Shown here: positions 16,976 to 25,633 of the stretch, one piece after another
How positions within the stretch are numbered: position 1 is the first letter of the stretch
Layout of the letters: each line of letters opens with the position of its first letter
NCBI GenBank assembly: GCA_009694805.1
Contig: SICM01000004.1
Location: forward strand, 635 to 64,634
DNA: 64,000 nucleotides
Direction of reading: 5' to 3'
Source of the DNA: Candidatus Latescibacterota bacterium
GTDB lineage: Bacteria; Latescibacterota; UBA2968; SICM01
Made by a program: the position numbers and the translations under genes
Notes under the pieces: generated by a model
The model's input: the letters and a program-made list of their open reading frames with translations, nothing else
The model's database searches: none
What the model was told of the DNA's origin: nothing

Positions 16976-17683
16976 TCACGTCACCAGCTCTCCCGGCAGA
17001 TGATCTGTCCGGTTCGAAAACTGAAGGGTGGCCCCTTCCGGCACGACGTCCAGCCGGCAGATGGAAGTGTTGTTCATGCGAAACCGGACCTGCGGCGTGA
17101 AAGGCAGCCCCAGCAGGGCATCGACCAGATAGCTCCCGATCCCCCCGTGATTCACAATGCCCACCCGTTCGTCCGTCTCCGCCAGTTCCCGCAACGCCCC
17201 GGCCACGCGCTGCGCGCGGGCATAGGCGCTCGCAGCGTCCTCCCACGGGCGGTTCCACCAGCCGTCTTCCCGCACCTCCGCCGGCAGCACAAAATGAGGG
17301 AATCGCTCCTGCATCTCTGCGCGTCCCAGCCCGGACATCCCCACCGGCCCGCGTCCGTCGCCCGAATCCAGCCAGACCCCGCCCGCCTCGTGCGTGTCGG
17401 TCCAGACGTAGGGGATCAACCCGGTCGTCTGCCGGATCGCCTCCGCTGTCTCCAGCGTCCGCAGCATCGGGCTCGCATAAAGGCGCGTGAGCCGTTGACC
17501 CCGCTTGGCCCCGGCCTCATCGTAGGACACCCGCGCCCAGTCCAGGGCCTTCAGCCGCTCGGCCACCCGCCGGGCCTGCTCCCGTCCCGCCTCCGTCAGC
17601 GGCGGCTCGCACACCCGGGGCTTTCCGGTCTCTTCATCGGCGTTGTTGGCGGACTGTCCGTGTCGGATCAGGTAAAGCTCCAT
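16976..17683 (-). CDS. histidine phosphatase family protein (phosphoglycerate-mutase-like)
   Basis: MELYLIRHGQSANN catalytic RHG motif. Confidence 0.85.
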   Translation of the reverse strand: MELYLIRHGQSANNADEETGKPRVCEPPLTEAGREQARRVAERLKALDWARVSYDEAGAKRGQRLTRLYASPMLRTLETAEAIRQTTGLIPYVWTDTHEAGGVWLDSGDGRGPVGMSGLGRAEMQERFPHFVLPAEVREDGWWNRPWEDAASAYARAQRVAGALRELAETDERVGIVNHGGIGSYLVDALLGLPFTPQVRFRMNNTSICRLDVVPEGATLQFSNRTDHLPGELVT

Positions 17684-17686
17684 GAA

Positions 17687-18736
17687 CTATCCATGCCTTT
17701 CTCTGAGTCTCCTGGCGGCCTCTGCTTCGTGCTTCAGTTTGCGGTACGCCTCGTCCAGCGGGATGTCCGCCGCGCTGCCGGGCGCGAACCCGCAGTCCGG
17801 GTTGAGCGTGACCCGCTCCGCGGGGAGGTAGCGCAGCGCCTGCTCCACGCGCGCGACGATCTCCTCCGGCGTGTCCACGTGCTCGCCCCGCACGTCCACG
17901 CACCCCACGCCGATCTCCCGGTCCTCCGGCAGTTCGCGCAGCACCTCCAGGTCCCCCGCAACCGGGATCGAGAACTCCATCACGTACTGGTGGACCCGGA
18001 GCCTCCGCAGGAACGGTAGGATCGGCCCGTACCCCCCCTCCCCGACCCACCCCTCCCGCCCCTTGTTCCGCCGGCAGAGATGCACCGCGACCTTCACCCC
18101 GTCCACGCCCTCCACGATCTGGTTCAGCAGGTCCACGCACAGGTCCGCCTCGGCCTCCCAGCGGTCGTACTCCGCCCGCACCCGCCCGTCCACGAACAGG
18201 CAGAGGTGCGGGTCGTCGAACTGCGCCACGTCCGCGCCCGCGTCGCGCACGGCGATCAACTCCCCCCGCAGCACGGGGACAAGGGCCTGCATGAACGCCT
18301 CCCGCGTCGGGTAGGCCTCGCGCGAGCGGTCCGCCTCCCACATCCGCTGGCCCAGCAGGTAGGGCGAGGGCAGGCAGACCTTCACCTTCCGGCGGGTGTG
18401 CGCCCTCAGAAACCGGACTTCCTCCGCGATCAGCCCCGGCCGTTCCACGCGCAGGGGTCGAACCGCCGTGTGCCACGACCGCCCCTCGCGCACGCCGCGC
18501 TCAAACCCATCGCAGATGTCCGCGATCACCCCGATGTAGGAGCGCCGTCGCCACTCCCCGTCCGAAATGACATCCAGCCCCGCCTCTTCCTGAAGCGCGA
18601 CCGCGAACGCGGCCGCCGCGTCCATCCGTTTTTGATACACCTCCGGCGTCAGCGTGTCCTGCTCCTCCAGGAGATCGCGCACGAACTGCGGGCGCGGCAG
18701 ACTGCCCACGACCGAGGCCGGAAAAAGATCACTCAT
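17687..18736 (-). CDS. cobalamin-independent methionine synthase C-terminal-domain-like protein (MetE-like, COG0620)
   Basis: MSDLFPASVVGSLPRPQFVRDL..., single-domain MetE-like. Confidence 0.78.
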   Translation of the reverse strand: MSDLFPASVVGSLPRPQFVRDLLEEQDTLTPEVYQKRMDAAAAFAVALQEEAGLDVISDGEWRRRSYIGVIADICDGFERGVREGRSWHTAVRPLRVERPGLIAEEVRFLRAHTRRKVKVCLPSPYLLGQRMWEADRSREAYPTREAFMQALVPVLRGELIAVRDAGADVAQFDDPHLCLFVDGRVRAEYDRWEAEADLCVDLLNQIVEGVDGVKVAVHLCRRNKGREGWVGEGGYGPILPFLRRLRVHQYVMEFSIPVAGDLEVLRELPEDREIGVGCVDVRGEHVDTPEEIVARVEQALRYLPAERVTLNPDCGFAPGSAADIPLDEAYRKLKHEAEAARRLRERHG

Positions 18737-19490
18737 AAGATGATCTCCACGCCTGCTGCGCGATGAGGTAGTCCTCCGTCGTGTCCACTTCCATGTAGTC
18801 CCCCTGCGTGTCCACCTTATGCACCGTCACGCCCCGTTCGATCATGTTCTGGATGAGATGGATGAAGTAAGCCTTCTGCACCGACGGCGCCCCCTGAAAC
18901 GGCTGCCCGTCATAGTCGCGCTGTACGCGACGGTGGTGCTCCCGCAGAACCCCGGCCCCCCTCGGCGTGAACCGGGCCACCCCGATGTATTCGCCGTGCG
19001 CCCGCTCCGGAGATACCTCCCGACTGACGCTCAGCAGTCGGTCCCCCTCCACCACCACCTTCTCCGCATCGTCCTCCGGATGCTGCGTGCGCAGACGATA
19101 CCGGTCGCGCCAGGCCGTGTCCACGGCGAGCGTAATGTCGTGCGGGCTGGACATCAGCGATTCGACGATCCGGGGGCGGTAGAGGATGTCCGCGTAGGAG
19201 CAGACGAACCCCTCCGAAAAGTGTTCCTCCGCGCAGAACAGGGAGGCCAGGATGTTGTTCTGCTCCCACGCCGCGTTGTGGCAGAAGGTCAGGTGCGGAT
19301 ACGCCGCGCGGACCTTCTCGATCTGATACCCCCCGATGAAGACCACCTCGCGCAGCCCCGCTGCCCGGAACGCCTCCAGCGCCCAGTCCAGTATCCGCTT
19401 CCCCCCGACCTCGGCGAAACACTTCGGCGTCTCCTCCGTCAGCGGCATCAGCCGCCGTCCCCGCCCCGCCCCGATGATGATGGCTTTCAT
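18729..19490 (-). CDS. nucleotidyltransferase (NTP_transferase / LicC-like sugar- or alcohol-phosphate nucleotidylyltransferase)
   Basis: MKAIIIGAGRGRRLMPLTEETPKCF G-rich NTP-binding loop. 8-nt overlap with the downstream gene. Confidence 0.8.
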   Translation of the reverse strand: MKAIIIGAGRGRRLMPLTEETPKCFAEVGGKRILDWALEAFRAAGLREVVFIGGYQIEKVRAAYPHLTFCHNAAWEQNNILASLFCAEEHFSEGFVCSYADILYRPRIVESLMSSPHDITLAVDTAWRDRYRLRTQHPEDDAEKVVVEGDRLLSVSREVSPERAHGEYIGVARFTPRGAGVLREHHRRVQRDYDGQPFQGAPSVQKAYFIHLIQNMIERGVTVHKVDTQGDYMEVDTTEDYLIAQQAWRSSYE

Positions 19491-19495
19491 GGTCG

Positions 19496-19560
19496 CATCT
19501 CGTATCTCGTATCTCGTAAACCCTTCTATGCTTCACGGGTTTTCACGCTTCACATTCACC
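19496..19560. repeat. heptamer arrays TATCTCG x3 and degenerate CGCTTCA units
   Basis: catctcg tatctcg tatctcg ta ... gcttcacgggttttcacgcttcacattcac. Contains the Gfo stop codon. Confidence 0.8.
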
Positions 19561-20582
19561 ACGCCCCCGCCGTGCGCGCTGTCGTAGACCGCCTCCCCAA
19601 ACAACAAAGACCAATAGCTGTCCCACAGGTCCGGCCCCCCCTGAACCTCTCCGAGACATCTTCTGGCGAAGTGCTGCACCTCGCCCCAGTAGCCGAAGGT
19701 CATGGCGCTGCGGGCGATGCCGGTCCACGACGGGGAGAAGGTGTGCAGGTAGCGTCCTGTGCGGGGCACCGCCTTCGTGAAGTCCTCCCGGTCCTGCCAC
19801 CGGAGCTTGAGCATGTCCTCGCAGACAATGTGGGTCTCGAACCCCACCAGCTCCAGCTCCTCCACGATGTCCCGGAAGCCGGACTTGCACGCCAGGCTGT
19901 TCAGGTCGAGCTGCCCGATCCCCCCGGACTGGAACTCCACGTTCACGGCGTACGCGAACTGCGTCGGTGTGACCTCGAGATAGAAGGCGTGTACGGTCTT
20001 CGGGTCACCCCCGAAGTACCGGGTGAGGTCAAAGATATGACAGATCTGGCCGATCAGCATGGCCCGCTTCGCCGAGTCGATCCCCCAGATCTGGGGATAT
20101 GGCCCCTGCGCGAATTTGCACTTCACCACGTGCAGCGGGCCGAACTCCGGCCGGCCGAGGATCTCCTTCGCCATCGTGTACACATCCGCGAACCGCTTCA
20201 TGAACCCCACCTGCCCCCACGTGCCGTGGGCCTCCGCCAGCTCCGCCAGCTCCTTCGCCTGGGCCGAGGTCACCGCCGAAGGCTTCTCCACGTAGACCGG
20301 GATGCCCCGACGCAGCACGCGGGGCGCAAGCTGGTACTGCTGGGGTGCGGGCCCGATCGCGAACACCCCGTCCAGCTCCTCCTTGTCCAGCATCTCCTCC
20401 AGATCCCCATAGACCCGGCGCGCCCCGAAGTTGCGGGCATTGCGCTCCGCCTTGTCCCGGTCGATGTCACAGACGGCCACCAGGTCGATCTGGGGCACGA
20501 GGGGGATGTTCGGAAAGATCGACGCGGTGGCGAAACTCCCGCAGCCGATGAAAGCAAGTTTAGCCTGGCGCTGAGTGGACAT
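19533..20582 (-). CDS. Gfo/Idh/MocA family oxidoreductase
   Basis: MSTQRQAKLAFIGCGSFATASIF Rossmann start at ATG 20582 with GGGAGGAG SD. Confidence 0.85.
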   Translation of the reverse strand: MSTQRQAKLAFIGCGSFATASIFPNIPLVPQIDLVAVCDIDRDKAERNARNFGARRVYGDLEEMLDKEELDGVFAIGPAPQQYQLAPRVLRRGIPVYVEKPSAVTSAQAKELAELAEAHGTWGQVGFMKRFADVYTMAKEILGRPEFGPLHVVKCKFAQGPYPQIWGIDSAKRAMLIGQICHIFDLTRYFGGDPKTVHAFYLEVTPTQFAYAVNVEFQSGGIGQLDLNSLACKSGFRDIVEELELVGFETHIVCEDMLKLRWQDREDFTKAVPRTGRYLHTFSPSWTGIARSAMTFGYWGEVQHFARRCLGEVQGGPDLWDSYWSLLFGEAVYDSAHGGGVVNVKRENP

Positions 20583-20657
20583 ATCTCCTCCCTCTGCGGG
20601 TTTCTCTGCGATCTTCCACCCCCCCGGACGATTCACAGGATCGTCTCCCCTCCCTGG

Positions 20658-21377
20658 TTAATGTTTCTGTTTTCTCCCTCGATATAATTGCGCGCGCGGA
20701 CTCGGGTCGAACGACGCGGGCACGAAGTTCGACACCGCCTCCGAGTAGCGCACCGCGCTCAGGGCGATCACCCCTCCGTCCTCGAACTGCACGAGAGGTG
20801 GCCCCTCCGCCGGCAGCAGGTGCGCCCGCCCCTTCTTCAGATAGTCCAGAATCTGCTCCCGGTGCGGGGACGGCGGCAGCCACGCGGCCAGCCGCTCCTC
20901 CATCCCCGCCGCCTCCGCCTCTCTCCCCTCCCGGTCCCACCCCCGGCCCCCCTCGACCTCCCGGTAGAGCCGCCCCACCTCCATGGCCACCTCCTTGGAG
21001 CGGCGGAGCAACTGCTCCATCTCCCCGGCCACGCTTCGCACCTCCTCGGCCTGTTCCGACAGCCCCGCGACCTCCTCCGCGCTCAGGGCACGCCCCTCCG
21101 TGAAGCGTCGCATCATCGCCCCGGCGAACTGGATCCCATCCGATCTGCGGGAATCGCCGATCATCTGCATCCGCTCCACCAGCCCGGCGGCCTCGTCCCT
21201 GAACCGCTGAAACTCCCCCAGCCTCAGTTCCATCCGCTCCAGCATGTGGATGCAGTCCTGCACGAACCCCACCAGAACCTCCGGCGTCCTGGCCTCCGGC
21301 CCCTCGTTCAGCATCCGCTTCAACTCATCCACGGTCCCGCACACATCGCTGAATCGCGTCTCTCTCAACCCTGCCAT
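20658..21377 (-). CDS. hypothetical protein (helical / coiled-coil-like N-terminal two-thirds)
   Basis: ATG 21377 lies 4 nt after the stop of the upstream epimerase gene. The ORF-track extension to 21686 overlaps that gene. No family recognised. Confidence 0.55.
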   Translation of the reverse strand: MAGLRETRFSDVCGTVDELKRMLNEGPEARTPEVLVGFVQDCIHMLERMELRLGEFQRFRDEAAGLVERMQMIGDSRRSDGIQFAGAMMRRFTEGRALSAEEVAGLSEQAEEVRSVAGEMEQLLRRSKEVAMEVGRLYREVEGGRGWDREGREAEAAGMEERLAAWLPPSPHREQILDYLKKGRAHLLPAEGPPLVQFEDGGVIALSAVRYSEAVSNFVPASFDPSPRAQLYRGRKQKH

Positions 21378-21381
21378 CCCA

Positions 21382-22152
21382 TCACTCCTCGCGCACCCGG
21401 TATTGCTCCAGATCACCCCGATACACCAGCCCCAGCGCCTCGCGGGCGCGGGCCGTGTTGCACGTGGCGTCCGCCTCGGGCGTGCCCACGACGTGAAAGA
21501 TGTCGAAATCGACTGTCTCCGACTCCACGGCCAGCCGGCACGCCTCGGCCAGGTCGTGACGGCAGACCCATCCGTTGCGCAGAGGCCGGCCTCCGGCCCC
21601 CAGCTTTTCGCGGTGCCGCCCGATGCCCAGACGGGTGTCCACAATGTAGTCGGGCCGCAGCACGATGATTCGCATGCCGTGGGCATCGTGGAAGCTGCGG
21701 CACATCTCCTCCTGAAGCCGTTTGGTCAGAGGATAGAGCCCCCCGTCCGGTCGGCGCACCTCCGAGGTGAAGAAGACCCCCTTCGAATGCACGGTCGGGC
21801 ACGACCCCAGGTGAACGATGTGCCGGATGTTCCGCTGCCGGGCCGACTCCAGGACATTGTAGAGCCCCTTCAGATTGACCAGAAAGGGCTGTTGGTCGTC
21901 CACCCCGTAGGCCCCCTTCTCAGACGAGAAGTAGACCGCGACGTGGATGATGCCGTCCATCCCCTCCGTGGCCCGGTGGACCGTCTGAAAGTCCAACATA
22001 TCCCCGTGTACGACCTCCCCGTCCCACGGCGTCTGCTCCACGGCCCACGCCTCCGGTCCCCGGTCGAACGCCCGGACCGTGTGGCGTCCCTTCATGTTCT
22101 CCAGCACCGCGCGGCCCAGCCATCCGGCCGCGCCGAATAAGACGACCTTCAT
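21382..22152 (-). CDS. NAD-dependent epimerase/dehydratase family protein
   Basis: MKVVLFGAAGWLGRAV Rossmann motif at ATG 22152 with AAAGGAG SD. Confidence 0.8.
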   Translation of the reverse strand: MKVVLFGAAGWLGRAVLENMKGRHTVRAFDRGPEAWAVEQTPWDGEVVHGDMLDFQTVHRATEGMDGIIHVAVYFSSEKGAYGVDDQQPFLVNLKGLYNVLESARQRNIRHIVHLGSCPTVHSKGVFFTSEVRRPDGGLYPLTKRLQEEMCRSFHDAHGMRIIVLRPDYIVDTRLGIGRHREKLGAGGRPLRNGWVCRHDLAEACRLAVESETVDFDIFHVVGTPEADATCNTARAREALGLVYRGDLEQYRVREE

Positions 22153-22182
22153 AAACGGAACTCCTTTCTGAAATCGTGCGCC

Positions 22183-22211
22183 AATGTACAAAGGTGTGCG
22201 CAACGTGTCAA
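22183..22211 (-). promoter_or_regulatory. sigma70-like promoter for the epimerase operon
   Basis: Minus-sense TTGACA, 17-nt spacer, TACATT, about 30 nt upstream of ATG 22152. Confidence 0.45.
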
Positions 22212-22226
22212 CGCAAATTCGATCCA

Positions 22227-22320
22227 GACCTCACCCCCCGGCCTCCTCTCCCTCCTTCGACTACGCGGCTAACGCCGCTCCGCTCAGGATGCGGGAGAGG
22301 GGGAGAAGCACCCCACCCCC
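22227..22320 (+). repeat. GACCTCACCCC / CCTCTCCC...GGGAGAGG element with long loop
   Basis: The loop tccttcgactacgcggctaacgccgctccgctcaggatgc is homologous (in inverted orientation) to 48823-48935. Confidence 0.85.
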
Positions 22321-22322
22321 TT

Positions 22323-22580
22323 CCCCTCCCCTACAAGAGGGGAGGGGAGAGATAGTGTACAGATCAAAAGCAGGCGCGCCGTCCCGGCTTTCAAGCAGGA
22401 GGTTCGTTCAGGCACGGTGGGGTACGAGCGCCGAAGGCGCGGGGGTACGGCGGAAGGGGCTCGGTCTACCACGGGACCGCGATTACGCAACCCGAACAGA
22501 GTACGGCGCGCCCAGCCCCTCCGGCGCTTGAGGAGCGTGCTTCTTTTGCCCACTTTTCTTGCACGAGCAAGAAAAGTGGG
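22323..22580 (+). repeat. composite structured element, copy B (core 22372-22580, alternative interior)
   Basis: Same 5' and 3' modules as copy A, but the closing stem is GGCGCGCCGT...ACGGCGCGCC and it encloses an unrelated ~120-nt interior. Confidence 0.85.
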
Positions 22581-22605
22581 CAAGCCGTTCAGGGACACGG
22601 TTATC

Positions 22606-23445
22606 CTACCGGTTCAGCATCCGATTCAGCGTCTCCCCCAGAATCAGCTTCTTATCCCCCTCCGGAATGAACGCGCAGTGCGTCCGAAACGCCTCCAGCG
22701 CGTGCTGGTAGGTCATGGTGAACCGGACGACCGGATAGTCCGACCCCCAGCAGAGACGATGCGGCCCGTAATGCTCATACAGCGCCCGGACGATCCACCC
22801 CGTGTCCGAGAAGGGGTAATCCCACCTCACCTGCGAGACATAAGCGAACCCCGACATCTTGATGCAGACATTCTCCTGCCGCGCCGAGGCCAGGACCTCC
22901 TTCAGCATCGGGTGCGGGTACGCCTCCGACGCCTTCGCCCCGGCCATGTGGTGGCACAGGAACGGGACGGACGGAAACCGTCCGGCCAGCTCCCGCACCA
23001 CCGGCTGCAGCCGGGGACCGATCGCCAGGCTGGCGATCAGCTTCAGCTCCTCGGCCTTCCGGAAGAACGCCAGCCCCTCCTCTGACAGAAACCAGGCCCC
23101 GTCGTCCTCCCCCCGCACATAGTGCGTGAACCCCTTGATCGGCCAGCGCCGGGCCGTCTCCGCCAGCCGGCCGGCGGCCCCCGGGGTGTGATAGGTCGAA
23201 GACCAGGAACAGTCCACGTCCGCGAACTGGTGGAGGCGCGTCGGGTGCTTCGCCACGCACCCCGCGACATAGGCGTTGTTGTCCGGGTTGTGGTCGATCT
23301 GCGCGCAGACCAGCACGGCCTGGTCCACCCCGTGAAGGTCCATCTCGTGGAGCAACTGCTCGACCCGGCCCCGGCTCTCCCCGTCCGGCACGGGCGGCTG
23401 ATACGGCCAGCGCTCCCAGGCGTGGGTATGCGAGTCTATGATCAT
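22606..23445 (-). CDS. amidohydrolase_2 family (TIM-barrel metal-dependent hydrolase)
   Basis: MIIDSHTHAW metal-binding motif at ATG 23445 with AAGGAG SD. Confidence 0.85.
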   Translation of the reverse strand: MIIDSHTHAWERWPYQPPVPDGESRGRVEQLLHEMDLHGVDQAVLVCAQIDHNPDNNAYVAGCVAKHPTRLHQFADVDCSWSSTYHTPGAAGRLAETARRWPIKGFTHYVRGEDDGAWFLSEEGLAFFRKAEELKLIASLAIGPRLQPVVRELAGRFPSVPFLCHHMAGAKASEAYPHPMLKEVLASARQENVCIKMSGFAYVSQVRWDYPFSDTGWIVRALYEHYGPHRLCWGSDYPVVRFTMTYQHALEAFRTHCAFIPEGDKKLILGETLNRMLNR

Positions 23446-23468
23446 GAGATTCTCCTTGGCCTGCGAAG

Positions 23469-23497
23469 TTGACACGGACGCCCCCTGGTAGTATATT
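23469..23497 (+). promoter_or_regulatory. sigma70-like promoter for the large membrane protein gene
   Basis: TTGACA, 17-nt spacer, TATATT. Confidence 0.5.
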
Positions 23498-23582
23498 AGA
23501 CTCCTGTCGGAAACAGGGGTTTTAGTCCTATTTTTACAGGGCGAAATCGCTATTTCCGATAAAGCCTATTCCTCAACCTCCT

Positions 23583-25529
23583 ATGGAAACTCCCTTGCCA
23601 GACGCGAACCGCGCCCTGACCTTCCGCGCCCTCTGCATCGGCGCCGTCGCCGCGGCCCTCATCAACGCCGTGGCCCCGTACTCCGAGTGGGTGGTCCGCT
23701 CCACCTACATGACGACCAGCTACTTCCCCCTGGGGCTGGTCTTCGCGTTCATCCTCGTGGTGGCCGTCCTCAACCCGCTCATCAAGCTCTTCCGGCGCTC
23801 CTCCGGCCTGCGCGAGGACGAACTGGGCGTGATCTACCTCATGCTCCTCGCCGCCGTGTCCGTCCCCACCTACGGCATCACCGGCTATGTGATCTCCATC
23901 GCCGCCTCCCCGTTCTACTTCGCCACCACGGAGAACCGGTGGGCCGACTTCCTCCTCCCCCACATCCCCAGAGGCATCGCGCTGCGGGAGGGGGACGCCC
24001 TCACCTATTTCTTCGAAGGGCTGCCCCCGGGCCGGGACATCCCCTGGGGCGCGTGGACCGGCCCACTCTGCTGGTGGACCCCCCTCATCGTCGCCATCCT
24101 GATGTTCTCCACCTGCCTGGTCGCCCTCTTCCGCAAGCAGTGGGTGGAGCGAGAGCGGCTCAACTTCCCCCTCGCCGAGGTCCCCCTGGAGATGCTGCGG
24201 GGGGCCGATGACGACCGCCTCCTGCCCCGCTTCATGCGCAGCAGACTCTTCTGGGCGGGCTTCGTCCTCTCCATCTTCCGGATCGTCTGGAACATCCCCG
24301 GCTACTTCCAGCCCCAGTGGGCATCCATCCCCCTCATCGTCCTGAACCTCCCCCGGGGGCCGATCTTCCCCGGCATCTGGACCTACGTCTCCTTCTGGCT
24401 GATCGGCCTCTGCTACTTCGTGAACGTGGACGTGATCTTCAGCGTCTGGTTCTTCTACCTGTTCAACACGATGGAGACGATCCTGTTCAACCGGACGGGC
24501 TTCAGCATCGGCGCGTCCGAGACCTACTCCATCGACCCCTCGACCCTGGCCTGGCAGGGGTTCGGGGCCTTTGCGGCGATGGTGGCCGGAGGCGTGTGGG
24601 TCGCCCGGAGCCACCTGAAGGACGCCTTCCGAAAGGCCTTCCGGGGCGACCCGTCCGTGGACGACACCGGCGAGATCCTCTCCTACCGCGCGGCCGTCTT
24701 CGGCCTCCTCTTCTCCGCCCTGTTCATCCTGCTCTGGCTCAACGCGGTCGGCATCTCCCTTCCCGCGGCCCTCCTCCTGCTCCTGAGCGTGGCCGTCATC
24801 TACCTCGGCCTGACGCGCATCACCGTGGAGGGCGGCCTGGTCTTCGTGCGCAGCCCCCTCGTGCCCCAGGCCTTCCCCCTCTACACCCTGGGCCCGGGCA
24901 ACCTGAGCGGGTCCACGATGGCGGGCCTGGCCCTCTCCTACGGATGGGCCTGCGACCCCATCGCCATCTTCATGCCCTCCGGCGCGAATGCGGCCAGGAT
25001 CCACAGCGACCGCCGCTTTCCGAGGAGGACCTACGTCGTGGCCATCGCCCTGGCGCTGGCCGTCAGCCTCGTCGTCTCCTTCTACGGCTCGCTGAAACTG
25101 GCCTACGCCTTCGGAGGCTACAACTTCGGCGAATGGGTGTTCACCGGCGGAGGGCGCGTGCCCTACGACACGATGGTCCAGAAGATCCGGGCCGCCGAGG
25201 GCGTGGGCGTGGGACGCCTCGGCTTCATGGCCCTCGGCGCGCTGGTCACCCTGGGCCTCACCGCCATGCGCCACCGCTTCATCTGGTGGCGGTTCCACCC
25301 CATCGGGTTCTCCGTGGCCTCCGTGGGGCAGGTGCGCCTGTCCGTGCTCTCCCTCTTCCTGGCCTGGCTGGTGAAGATGACCCTCCTCCGCGTCGGCGGC
25401 CTGATCCTCTACAACCGGGCCAGGCCCTTCTTCGTCGGCCTTGTCCTGGGCCACTTCACCGGCGCGGGCCTCTCCTTCCTCATCGACGTGATCTGGTTCC
25501 GGGGCCAGGGGCACAGCCTCTACTGGTGA
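23583..25529 (+). CDS. large polytopic membrane protein of unknown function
   Basis: 648 aa with many hydrophobic helices. The 682-aa antisense ORF is a compositionally biased (G/E/D/A) shadow. Confidence 0.75.
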   Translation: METPLPDANRALTFRALCIGAVAAALINAVAPYSEWVVRSTYMTTSYFPLGLVFAFILVVAVLNPLIKLFRRSSGLREDELGVIYLMLLAAVSVPTYGITGYVISIAASPFYFATTENRWADFLLPHIPRGIALREGDALTYFFEGLPPGRDIPWGAWTGPLCWWTPLIVAILMFSTCLVALFRKQWVERERLNFPLAEVPLEMLRGADDDRLLPRFMRSRLFWAGFVLSIFRIVWNIPGYFQPQWASIPLIVLNLPRGPIFPGIWTYVSFWLIGLCYFVNVDVIFSVWFFYLFNTMETILFNRTGFSIGASETYSIDPSTLAWQGFGAFAAMVAGGVWVARSHLKDAFRKAFRGDPSVDDTGEILSYRAAVFGLLFSALFILLWLNAVGISLPAALLLLLSVAVIYLGLTRITVEGGLVFVRSPLVPQAFPLYTLGPGNLSGSTMAGLALSYGWACDPIAIFMPSGANAARIHSDRRFPRRTYVVAIALALAVSLVVSFYGSLKLAYAFGGYNFGEWVFTGGGRVPYDTMVQKIRAAEGVGVGRLGFMALGALVTLGLTAMRHRFIWWRFHPIGFSVASVGQVRLSVLSLFLAWLVKMTLLRVGGLILYNRARPFFVGLVLGHFTGAGLSFLIDVIWFRGQGHSLYW

Positions 25530-25541
25530 TACCCCGCAAAA

Positions 25542-25615
25542 AAAATGCAAAATGTAAAATGCAAAATACACATTCATCTTCCACTTTTTGTTTTGCACTT
25601 TGCACTTTGCACTTT
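25542..25615. repeat. heptamer array pair: (AAATGCA)x4 and (CTTTGCA)x3-4
   Basis: aaatgca aaatgta aaatgca aaataca ... ttttgca ctttgca ctttgca cttt, in a convergent spacer. Confidence 0.85.
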
Positions 25616-25633
25616 ATTCTCTCAGGTCAGTCC

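Noticed and set aside
11289-18019. Very long plus-strand ORFs (11289..14897, 1202 aa, and 14801..18019, 1072 aa) antisense to the GH116, hydrolase and CocE/NonD genes.
   Set aside because: Their translations are Arg/Pro/His/Gln-rich low-complexity strings without motifs. The opposite strand encodes proteins with clear family signatures and SDs. These are typical high-GC shadow ORFs.
22383-22502. Interior of composite-element copy B as a known RNA (tRNA, riboswitch, SRP, tmRNA fragment).
   Set aside because: I found no T-loop GGTTCGAATCC-type motif with a matching acceptor stem and no conserved riboswitch cores that I could recognise by eye. It remains unassigned rather than known.
23550-25598. 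A 682-aa minus-strand ORF covering the whole membrane-protein gene.
   Set aside because: It is extremely biased towards Gly/Glu/Asp/Ala/His, with no hydrophobic core or motifs, and mirrors a convincing polytopic membrane protein on the plus strand.
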